This document shows, piece by piece, positions 9,148 to 16,731 of a stretch of DNA of 24,000 bases. Position 1 is the first letter of the stretch. Each line of letters starts with the position of its first letter. Below the pieces are notes generated by a model. The model ran no database searches. It had not been told where the DNA came from and was given only the letters and a program-made list of their open reading frames with translations. Origin of the DNA: Flavitalea sp. BT771 (GTDB lineage: Bacteria > Bacteroidota > Bacteroidia > Chitinophagales > Chitinophagaceae); contig NZ_JAUOTO010000003.1 of assembly GCF_030546645.1 (NCBI RefSeq), positions 254,956 through 278,955 on the forward strand. Reading direction: 5' to 3'. The position numbers were made by a program, and so were the translations under genes.

Positions 9148-11391
9148 TTAACAAGTTCCACTATCACATATAAAATCAACCATGATTTCGGTGCCATCAT
9201 GACTTTTTATTTGAAATTTCGCATCAATGTCGCCACTAAGCCCATGCATCAGCTTCATTCCCATAGAAGGCTGTTTTTTACTGTCGAATGCTGGGGGCAG
9301 GCCAACCCCATTGTCTTTGATAGAAAGCAGGAAATGATTTGGCAAGGTCCTTTTTAATGAAATATCAATGGCTCCTTCTTTTTTATCGGGAAAAGCGTGC
9401 TTAAGAGAGTTGGTAATGGCTTCATTCAATATTAGTCCAAGCGGAACGCAATGCGAAACATCTAATTTTACCGGATCAACCTGTAAATTGAATTGAATCT
9501 TATGACCAGTGTGAAAACTATCTTTCAGGCAATCTACCAATTCATGAATGTAGTCTGTCATATTGATGGCAGATAGATTGTCTGATTGATATAGTCGCTG
9601 ATGAACCAAAGACATTGCCTGTATGCGTTGCTGGCTTTCAGTAACTGCCTGTATTGCCTCTTCACCTTGCAGGTATTCTGATTGTGTGCGCAGCAATGCC
9701 ATTACTGTATGGAAATTATTTTTTACCCGGTGGTGGATTTCCCTGACTAGCCATTCTTTCTCCTCTACCAAATGTTGCAGTGAATTATTTTTCTTCTCAA
9801 TTTGCTTTTGCTGAACATGCAGCTTTCTATTTGTTCGCTGTTTTAAAAGTGAATAATTGATAAGCAAACCAACTATAATAATAAGCAGAATGGCGACACC
9901 AAGGATCCAGCTCCTGGTGTTTTGCACTTGTGTTAACTCGGTTTGTTGAAGACGCCTCTCTTTCTCCAGTAGCCTGATGCTTTGCTCTTTTTTTTCTGTT
10001 TCATATTGTATGGTCAATTCTTCAATCTGCCTGCTTTTTCTCTCGTTAAAAATCGAATCATTTAGAAACTGATATTGTTGCAGGTCTTTGATAGCGGCGG
10101 ATGAATTCCCCAACGCGGAGTCGGCAGTGAACAGCATTTGAAATAAATCTCTTTGATTTAACAAACGGCCGTATGAAATATATGCTAGCGCGGTATCCAG
10201 ATAGATATGTGCTTTCTTAAATTGCCGGTGCTGCAAATAAAACCTTCCAATATCCATGTGGGTGATAGAGATGATCTCGTTTTCAGGGGGGGCATCCTTG
10301 TAATATGCGGCCACGGCCAAAAAATATTTTTCGGCTTCCGGGTACTGGTTCAGTCCATCAAAACAATATGCATAGTTTTGCGCAACGATTGCCTTTTCAA
10401 ATGGCTCTTGAGGTGGATAGGCCGCAACCAGGCTATCAACCAAAGCAAGGGCGCTTCCACACTTCCGTAGTTTTATCAATTGGCGGATGAGAAAACCTGC
10501 AGTTCTGAGGATGAATACCCGGTTTACTCTTTGTTCCATCCTTTTTTCAAGAGTTTTTCGATACCATTGACTGCTTTCTTCGGCGCGCCCCAGTTCGTCG
10601 TAAACCAGGGCAAGCTCCCCATAATACGTATCGGTACGTACAATGTCTTTGTTGCGCTCCACATTTTCAACGCATTTTACTGCGTATAAAAGTGATTTTT
10701 CATAGGACCCGCGGTACCTGTTGATAGCAGAAAGAAGAAAATAGGCGTTGAAAAGCCTGGTACTCCCTTTCTGGTGAAGTAAGTCCAATGCCTGTAGCAA
10801 TTCTTTTTCCGCCAAATTGGATCTCCCTGATTTAAATAGATAGTCAGCCAGATGTGTTCGGGCCTCTGCTTCTTTCTCGATGTTTCGGGCCTGTTTGTAT
10901 AATGTAATCGCCTTATTAAAAAAAGTATCAATGCCGGCAAAGGAATTTAGTTGCTTATTCATTCTCTGGGCTAACCGCAGCCATGTGCCGGCTTCCTCCT
11001 GAACGTCGCCCATTGTATGATAAAGGGATGCTACCTCAGAAAATATTTTTTTGCCTTCAGCCGTATCACCTCTGGCAAGATAGGCTTCCCCCACAAGCGA
11101 CATGCTTTCATACCTGAATTGTTTTAATTGAAGGGTATCGCTTAGCCTGATGGCATGATTAAAAATGTCAATGGCGGTGTCCCTCAAATACATCTTTTTA
11201 TCGCCGAACATCATCTGTTTAAGGTAAGTCCTGCCCAATTCGTCCAGAATTGAGATGCGGTTGCTATCCTGCTTGCTTTCCTGCAGCAGCAGCAGCAATT
11301 GACCCCGAGGCCTGGGGGATAACTGTTGCCCCGAACCTGGCACAACAGTTATTATCAAAAAGAATAAATATGTAATGGACTTTAGCATCAT
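9148..11391 (-). CDS. Sensor histidine kinase with a large TPR-like N-terminal region, one internal TM segment and a HisKA_2-type kinase core
   Basis: The H-box REIHHRVKNNFHTVMALL is HisKA_2-like. The N-box is LNEAITNSLKHAF and the G-box is DNGVGLP. The TM segment is WILGVAILLIIIVGLLINYSLL, and TPR-like helical repeats lie upstream. The track ORF starts at TTG 11418; ATG 11391 (MMLKSITYLFFLIITVVPGSG) is the more likely start. The stop lies 36 nt before the regulator start. Confidence 0.85.
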   Translation of the reverse strand: MMLKSITYLFFLIITVVPGSGQQLSPRPRGQLLLLLQESKQDSNRISILDELGRTYLKQMMFGDKKMYLRDTAIDIFNHAIRLSDTLQLKQFRYESMSLVGEAYLARGDTAEGKKIFSEVASLYHTMGDVQEEAGTWLRLAQRMNKQLNSFAGIDTFFNKAITLYKQARNIEKEAEARTHLADYLFKSGRSNLAEKELLQALDLLHQKGSTRLFNAYFLLSAINRYRGSYEKSLLYAVKCVENVERNKDIVRTDTYYGELALVYDELGRAEESSQWYRKTLEKRMEQRVNRVFILRTAGFLIRQLIKLRKCGSALALVDSLVAAYPPQEPFEKAIVAQNYAYCFDGLNQYPEAEKYFLAVAAYYKDAPPENEIISITHMDIGRFYLQHRQFKKAHIYLDTALAYISYGRLLNQRDLFQMLFTADSALGNSSAAIKDLQQYQFLNDSIFNERKSRQIEELTIQYETEKKEQSIRLLEKERRLQQTELTQVQNTRSWILGVAILLIIIVGLLINYSLLKQRTNRKLHVQQKQIEKKNNSLQHLVEEKEWLVREIHHRVKNNFHTVMALLRTQSEYLQGEEAIQAVTESQQRIQAMSLVHQRLYQSDNLSAINMTDYIHELVDCLKDSFHTGHKIQFNLQVDPVKLDVSHCVPLGLILNEAITNSLKHAFPDKKEGAIDISLKRTLPNHFLLSIKDNGVGLPPAFDSKKQPSMGMKLMHGLSGDIDAKFQIKSHDGTEIMVDFICDSGTC

Positions 11392-11504
11392 ATACTGGTA
11401 AGGAATACATAAAACCAAACCACTTTTCAGAGGGGTTCGCTTGATGCGTAAATTAGTTTCTTTACAACAGAAAAAAATGGATTCTTTAAAGTTAAAAATA
11501 ATAA

Positions 11505-11551
11505 ACCGTGATATTTCACGGTTTCGTTAATCCCATTGCGAAATATCACGG
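11505..11551. promoter_or_regulatory. Operator/enhancer-like inverted repeats in the divergent intergenic region
   Basis: There is a perfect palindrome ACCGTGA-TATT-TCACGGT at 11505-11522. GAAATATCACGG at 11540-11551 is the exact reverse complement of 11506-11517. Confidence 0.4.
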
Positions 11552-11603
11552 CCCGGTCGGGTATTTATTTAATAATGTATTGATATTTAGATGCTTATAA
11601 AAA

Positions 11604-11619
11604 TGGCGTATTAATTGAC
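11604..11619 (+). promoter_or_regulatory. Candidate sigma54 -24/-12 element (imperfect)
   Basis: TGGCGTATTAATTGAC compared with the consensus TGGCACG-N4-TTGC. The GG and TTG have the correct spacing, but the conserved -12 C is an A. It ends 24 nt before ATG 11644 and sits next to a sigma54-dependent activator gene. Confidence 0.2.
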
Positions 11620-11643
11620 ACATGATTGCCATAAGCGGAACTT

Positions 11644-12429
11644 ATGGGAAAAAGTCAGTCAAAGACAGTTGTGTTTATCACCGGCGCGTTTGTTCATCAT
11701 AGTTGCTGGGATGAATGGAAGACCTATTTTGAAAGTAAGGGTTACCAAACAGTGGCGCCTCCGTGGCCGCATAAAAACGCTTCGGCCGAGACATTGCGTA
11801 ATAGCCATCCCAACAACGAAATTGCATCCAACCGGCTGCCGGCATTAACTGATTACTATGATAATATTGTGAGGCAACTTCCTGAAAAGCCGATATTGAT
11901 TGGGCATTCTATCGGCGGGCTGATCGTTCAACTCTTATTGCAAAGAGGATTGGGCTTTTCAGGGGTTGCCATTCACCCGGTACCGCCGCAGGGAATAATT
12001 ACTTTCAAATTTTCTTTTTTGAAAGCAGGCTGGGGACCTCTTGGTTTTTTTACTTCGGTAAGAAAATCATTCCTTATGTCTTTCAGCCAATGGAAATATG
12101 CCTTTACAAATGGGATGGATTGCGATGCTCAAAAAGAAGCGTATTACAAATTTGCCATACCCGAGTCAAAGCTAATTGTAAGGGATACAATAACCAGCGC
12201 TGCTAAAGTACACTTCGAAAATCCTCATGCCCCGTTGCTATTGACTTCCGGCAGTGATGATCATACGATACCCCCCTCGTTGAATTACGCAAATTATAAA
12301 AAATATAAGAAAAGCAATTCGGTTACCGATTATAAAGAATTCAAAGGCAGGAATCATTTTGTCTTAGGCCAGCAAACCTGGAAAGAAGACGCCGATTATA
12401 TATTGGACTGGATTCGCAACCTGCCGTAA
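11644..12429 (+). CDS. Alpha/beta hydrolase (Ser nucleophile, no signal peptide)
   Basis: 261 aa. The nucleophile elbow is GHSIGG, with later SGSDDHTIP (Asp) and GRNHF (His) in the canonical Ser-Asp-His order. The N-terminus VVFITGAFVHHSCW is typical of small esterase-like alpha/beta hydrolases. Confidence 0.8.
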   Translation: MGKSQSKTVVFITGAFVHHSCWDEWKTYFESKGYQTVAPPWPHKNASAETLRNSHPNNEIASNRLPALTDYYDNIVRQLPEKPILIGHSIGGLIVQLLLQRGLGFSGVAIHPVPPQGIITFKFSFLKAGWGPLGFFTSVRKSFLMSFSQWKYAFTNGMDCDAQKEAYYKFAIPESKLIVRDTITSAAKVHFENPHAPLLLTSGSDDHTIPPSLNYANYKKYKKSNSVTDYKEFKGRNHFVLGQQTWKEDADYILDWIRNLP

Positions 12430-12496
12430 TGGTACCGCGGCTGTATTCTGGTCATTAACATTAAACTTCACCATAAATTTCAAAACAATTCTGATC

Positions 12497-13480
12497 ATGA
12501 AAAAACTGATACTGGGACTTTTTGTTGCAAGCTTTTTACTGGCAGCCTGCAACAATGAACCAAAAGACGCAAGTCCGGCGGCAGAGACCAAGGCGGACTC
12601 AGCCCACAACGTTTCGACCACTCAGCCGGCATCCCCCCCGCCAAATTTTAAACATGCCAGTGCGAAAATAAACGGTATAGATGTTCACTATGTGATCGGC
12701 GGATCGGGCGAACCGCTTGTCTTATTGCATGGCTTTGGTCAGAACTGGTATATGTGGAACCGCCTGCTGCCTGAGTTCTCCAAACATTTTACGGTGATAG
12801 CCCCTGACCTTCCGGGTCTTGGAGAGTCAGGCAAGCCGGATAGCGGCTATGATAAAAAGACGCTGGCTGCCTACATACATGGGCTTGTAAAACAACTGGG
12901 ATACGACCACATAAATCTGGCTGGCCATGATATTGGCCTGATGGTCGCCTATGCCTATGCAGCTCAATTTTCAGCCGAGGTAAAAAAACTGGCGTTGATG
13001 GATGCATTGCTTCCGGGCATTGAGCCGGTGTGGAGCCAGGTTAAATCCTCTGCCTGGTGGTTTGGTTTCTTTTCCTTTCCGGCATCCGGAGAATTGGTAG
13101 CCGGGAGAGAGCGTTTATTTCTTACCAACTTCTGGCCGGTGGTTGGCCGCGTAAAAGACCCGTTCACACCCGAAGAGGTCAATGAGTTCGTAAGGGCTTA
13201 TTCAGTAAAAGGGGCCACAGCAGGTACTTTTCACTGGTTTGGCGCTTTTGAGCAGGATGCAAAGGATAACAAAACGTTTATGAAAAACAAATTGAAAATG
13301 CCTTTGCTGGCAATGGGAGGTGAGTATTTCGGCGCCGGTTTTTTGGTGGATCACTGCAAATTGGTTGCAGAGAATGTGAAAGGCTCCAATATCAAAGGTT
13401 CAGGACATTGGGTCGTACAAGAGAATACATCACAGGTGCAAAAAGATCTACTCGATTTTTTCCTGGACAAAAAAAATTAA
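12497..13480 (+). CDS. Alpha/beta hydrolase, epoxide-hydrolase/dehalogenase-like (Asp nucleophile), lipoprotein
   Basis: The lipobox is LLAAC near the N-terminus. Motifs are LLHGFGQNWYMWNRL...APDLPGLGES, the nucleophile elbow GHDIG (Asp rather than Ser) and a C-terminal GSGHWVVQE histidine. Confidence 0.75.
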   Translation: MKKLILGLFVASFLLAACNNEPKDASPAAETKADSAHNVSTTQPASPPPNFKHASAKINGIDVHYVIGGSGEPLVLLHGFGQNWYMWNRLLPEFSKHFTVIAPDLPGLGESGKPDSGYDKKTLAAYIHGLVKQLGYDHINLAGHDIGLMVAYAYAAQFSAEVKKLALMDALLPGIEPVWSQVKSSAWWFGFFSFPASGELVAGRERLFLTNFWPVVGRVKDPFTPEEVNEFVRAYSVKGATAGTFHWFGAFEQDAKDNKTFMKNKLKMPLLAMGGEYFGAGFLVDHCKLVAENVKGSNIKGSGHWVVQENTSQVQKDLLDFFLDKKN

Positions 13481-13495
13481 CATATACCTAATAAA

Positions 13496-14272
13496 ATGAA
13501 GTTTATGAAAAAGCTTATTTATTCTTCTTTAATATTTTTTTCACTCTTAAATATTTCGGTTATGTCATACGCACAAACTGTGACGGGCATCAAAAATATC
13601 GTGATTGTTCACGGGGCTTTTGCCGACGGATCCGGCTGGCAAGGCGTATATGAAATACTTACAAAAAGAGGTTACCAGGTCACTATTGTCCAAAATCCTT
13701 TAACCTCCTTAAATGATGACGTTGCTGCTACCAACAGAATACTTGATAAACAGGATGGTCCAGTGGTGTTGGTTGGGCACTCCTGGGGCGGATCGGTAAT
13801 AACGCAAGCGGGCGTTCATTCCAAAGTGGCAGCGCTGGTGTATGTAGCTGCTTTTGTCCCGGACGTAAACGAAACCACATTTGATCTTATCAAGACTGCC
13901 CCGCCTGCCCCGGAGAACGGTATTCTTCCGCCAGATGAAAAGGGATTTGTGTATTATGACAAACAAAAGTTTCATGCGGGTTTTGCTGCTGACCTTCCTA
14001 AAGAAAAAGCAGATTTTATGTTTGCTTCCCAGGGGCCTATTGCCGCTCAATCGTTTGTTACCCCATTGACCCAGGCAGCCTGGAAAACCAGGCCGTCTTA
14101 TGCTATTGTCTCAGCTGAGGATAAAAGCATTAATCCTGATATTTTGCGATTCATGTACAAAAGAGCGGGTGCAAAAATTACGGAGTTGCATGGTAGTCAT
14201 GCTATTTTTATTTCGAAGGCTAAAGAGGTGGCCGACATAATTGAAATTGCCGCAAAAGGCACAAAATCCTGA
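13496..14272 (+). CDS. Alpha/beta hydrolase (Ser nucleophile), secreted
   Basis: Signal peptide MKFMKKLIYSSLIFFSLLNISVMSYAQ. Motifs are IVIVHGAFADGSGW, the elbow GHSWGG, VSAEDKSINP and a late GSHAIF. Confidence 0.8.
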   Translation: MKFMKKLIYSSLIFFSLLNISVMSYAQTVTGIKNIVIVHGAFADGSGWQGVYEILTKRGYQVTIVQNPLTSLNDDVAATNRILDKQDGPVVLVGHSWGGSVITQAGVHSKVAALVYVAAFVPDVNETTFDLIKTAPPAPENGILPPDEKGFVYYDKQKFHAGFAADLPKEKADFMFASQGPIAAQSFVTPLTQAAWKTRPSYAIVSAEDKSINPDILRFMYKRAGAKITELHGSHAIFISKAKEVADIIEIAAKGTKS

Positions 14273-14281
14273 GACTTTCTT

Positions 14282-14968
14282 TCACCGCACCTTTTCATCA
14301 CGCCGGCATGCCTTTAGCGCTTTTTGCATTTGAAAGAGCCCGGTTCCAAGAAGGGCGATCCCCACCAGCCAGTTAAAAATATTTTGATTCGCACGCAGGG
14401 AATAGATCAGCAAATGTCCTGCGGTCCCATAGACCATGAAGGCAAAGGAAGTACCGGCGCCAATGGCGATCACATAAGCATTGTAATCCCCCCTCGTGTC
14501 GGAGAGCAGTCCCTTTGCTTTCAGTACCGCCGTCCATCCCATCCAGAAGGGAAGGTGTAATGGATTGAGCAAGCTCAACACCAGGCCCGACACAAAAGGT
14601 GCGTGTCCTGCAAAGGGAACGACCATCGCCGCCTTTCGCATATGCCAGGCAGCTTCCAGGCTAATGAATGCAACCAGCAGTATGACGATTCCGGCCAGTA
14701 CGCGGAACCATTTTACGAGATGGGTCATGCCCGCCAGGCGTTTTACAGTGACCAACGCTATACGGACCATGCTTACTTCTATGAGGATGGCTCCCAGGCC
14801 AAAAAGGATAGCTCCCCCGACATCGCCATTGATCACCAGATCGGTGACGCCCACATTAAGGGTGCCTACCGGTAAAGAACCGGTAAAGCTGATTAAAAAG
14901 GCATATGCAGACAGCCTGAAAGGCTTTCCGGCCGGTGGGGCGGCGGATAGATATGGGACATCGTTCAT
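14282..14968 (-). CDS. LysE/RhtB-type small-molecule exporter (polytopic membrane protein)
   Basis: 228 aa with about six hydrophobic segments and an LLNPLHLPFWMGW block resembling the LysE-family NP motif. Its start overlaps the upstream gene's stop (ATGA). Confidence 0.55.
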   Translation of the reverse strand: MNDVPYLSAAPPAGKPFRLSAYAFLISFTGSLPVGTLNVGVTDLVINGDVGGAILFGLGAILIEVSMVRIALVTVKRLAGMTHLVKWFRVLAGIVILLVAFISLEAAWHMRKAAMVVPFAGHAPFVSGLVLSLLNPLHLPFWMGWTAVLKAKGLLSDTRGDYNAYVIAIGAGTSFAFMVYGTAGHLLIYSLRANQNIFNWLVGIALLGTGLFQMQKALKACRRDEKVR

Positions 14969-16731
14969 GTGATGAGCTTTTCGTAGCGGTTGTAATCTCT
15001 CAACATCTTCAGCCCTTCGAATGTACTCATCTGAGCAAGCCCCTTCTTCCGGGCGTTGGCCCGGCTGATGTCATATAACAATCGCCAGTGCCGGAAGATC
15101 TCTTTCCAGGCGAAGAATAGGGAATGCCGGGGATCATACATATGCGTTGGCTCACTGCCCGCACCATTTAGCTCGATGACGGAGAACTTTCGGCCTTCGC
15201 ATAGTTCTTCCCAGCTTTCGAATTTAACATCCAGCCTGCCAAAGTAAAATCCCGGGATCTGGCGGCAAAGCTCGTCGATCCGCTCTTCCAGGGCAGGGGT
15301 GATCCTGTCACTCCAGTCCAGGAATTTTGCCCCCCGGCTGTGGTTCCCATAGGGCACCAGCAGGCGCTCCTCTCCAGGCGAAGGTATCTGCTGAAGAAAG
15401 TCGCCATAGACGGCCCGCAACGCCGGCAACTGCAACACATGACGGTCATTTTTTCGCAGCAGCGCCTCCACCGTCGATACCCCGTCACCTGTTATGGTCA
15501 GCATCTCTTTGCCTACGATGCCGGAAATACGCCCTTTAGGCTCTCCGGGATATCGATAATAGAAGATCCCGGCTTCCTGGGGATAATCGATATATTCCTG
15601 CAGCAGGAAATCCACTTTGCTCCGGGCGCTGTATACGTACAGGTCACATTCATCCCGGAGCAGGCTCACCTGCATGCCCCGCTGCCCGATGTCCGGCTTG
15701 GCGATGAGCGGAAAATCCAATCCCTGTTCCGCCAGGGTTCGGCGGATCCCGATCACGGGCCGGCGCTTGGGACAATAGACAGTTTTGGGATAGGAGCCTT
15801 CCGGCATCAGGTCGTAGATCTGTTGCTTGGACTCCATCAGGAACCCGGCGTTGGTGATAGAAGGGTTCGCCGTACTAAAGAAAAAGAAGCTTCTGGCCTT
15901 GCAGCTCAGCCAGGCCCAATAAAGAAACGCCGGCGCGTAAATGACGGCAAATGGCCAGTATTCCCAGGATGTCAGCCGGATGCGGGTCCGCCGCAGGAAA
16001 CCCGCACGGCTTACTTTATTATTGGCGACGCTTATTCCCGCCTCATATCGCCTGTCGGTCTGCAGGTCTACATAATGGATGCTGCCCGCCCCAGCTCCGA
16101 TGCGAATGGAAGTAATGCTGACGGTGGAGATCCTTCCCTGCGGGTCGATAACGAGTCCCGCCCCTGGCGCGCTCACCGCGACAGACCGGTGGAAGTCCAG
16201 GATGCTCTCCGTGTCGATGCGGGAAGCTGTTTCGTGCCATTGTCTGAACAGCTGCTGCCGGCATTTTGCGGCTTCCTCATCATATAAGGTGGCGGAAGAC
16301 CAGATATGCGGGACATTATGACCTTGAAGGACAATATGCTTTCTCCGTCCGTCCCAACGGCATTCGAACAACTGTCCCCTTGTGAAAAGCACCAGTGTAA
16401 AGGGTTCGATCCCTTCCAATGCTTCGGCTCTGAAGGCTTGCACCGGGTCGGTTGCGCGGACGATCTCCAGGAAAACAATACCCCGGCTCCGCCGGTAGGC
16501 CATTGCCCGGTGATGTTTGACAAAAGCCCCATTCAGCAACACGCCAACATCCCCGCTGTTCTTCAGGGTAATCCAGCTGCCACCCGCCTCGCCATCTTTG
16601 GGAAAAAGCAGTTGGCTCCCGTCTGCATCAGCCTGGCAGGGGAAAACGGCGGGGGCACGTCCAGACCGTTCGTCCCGGTTGGAAGTCAGATAAATGCCGC
16701 CGGTGGTGGGTATAAAGGTTACTGTGCACAT
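14965..16731 (-). CDS. Fusion protein: N-terminal NRDE (TANGO2-like) domain, hydrophobic segment, C-terminal ATP-grasp ligase domain
   Basis: The protein starts MCTVTFIPTTGGIYLTSNRDE (Cys2 plus an NRDE motif) and contains GGSWITLKNSGDVGVLLNG. A hydrophobic stretch WEYWPFAVIYAPAFLYWAWLSC spans about aa 256-277. ATP-grasp-like blocks are PLIAKPDIGQRGMQV, LLQEYIDYPQEAGIFYY and VIELNGAGSEPTHMYDP. Confidence 0.7.
   Translation of the reverse strand: MCTVTFIPTTGGIYLTSNRDERSGRAPAVFPCQADADGSQLLFPKDGEAGGSWITLKNSGDVGVLLNGAFVKHHRAMAYRRSRGIVFLEIVRATDPVQAFRAEALEGIEPFTLVLFTRGQLFECRWDGRRKHIVLQGHNVPHIWSSATLYDEEAAKCRQQLFRQWHETASRIDTESILDFHRSVAVSAPGAGLVIDPQGRISTVSITSIRIGAGAGSIHYVDLQTDRRYEAGISVANNKVSRAGFLRRTRIRLTSWEYWPFAVIYAPAFLYWAWLSCKARSFFFFSTANPSITNAGFLMESKQQIYDLMPEGSYPKTVYCPKRRPVIGIRRTLAEQGLDFPLIAKPDIGQRGMQVSLLRDECDLYVYSARSKVDFLLQEYIDYPQEAGIFYYRYPGEPKGRISGIVGKEMLTITGDGVSTVEALLRKNDRHVLQLPALRAVYGDFLQQIPSPGEERLLVPYGNHSRGAKFLDWSDRITPALEERIDELCRQIPGFYFGRLDVKFESWEELCEGRKFSVIELNGAGSEPTHMYDPRHSLFFAWKEIFRHWRLLYDISRANARKKGLAQMSTFEGLKMLRDYNRYEKLIT

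Noticed and set aside
11282-11298. Short (GCA)5 trinucleotide run, encoding LLLLL in the kinase N-terminal region
   Set aside because: Five units in frame inside a hydrophobic or leader region is too short to call a variable microsatellite or a phase-variation tract.
11338-11352. TGGCACAACAGTTAT, a sigma54 -24-like hexamer
   Set aside because: The -12 position reads TTAT rather than TTGC. The site lies inside the kinase coding region about 300 nt from the nearest plus-strand start, so it is most likely coincidental.
14496-14972. 158-aa plus-strand ORF overlapping the LysE-type gene
   Set aside because: It is an antisense shadow. The minus-strand product has the expected polytopic hydrophobic pattern and is translationally coupled to the upstream gene.
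15340-16287. 315-aa plus-strand ORF inside the NRDE::ATP-grasp gene
   Set aside because: It is antisense to an ORF with clear NRDE and ATP-grasp motifs and operon-style overlaps on the minus strand. The translated product is Arg/Pro/Gly-rich without motifs.
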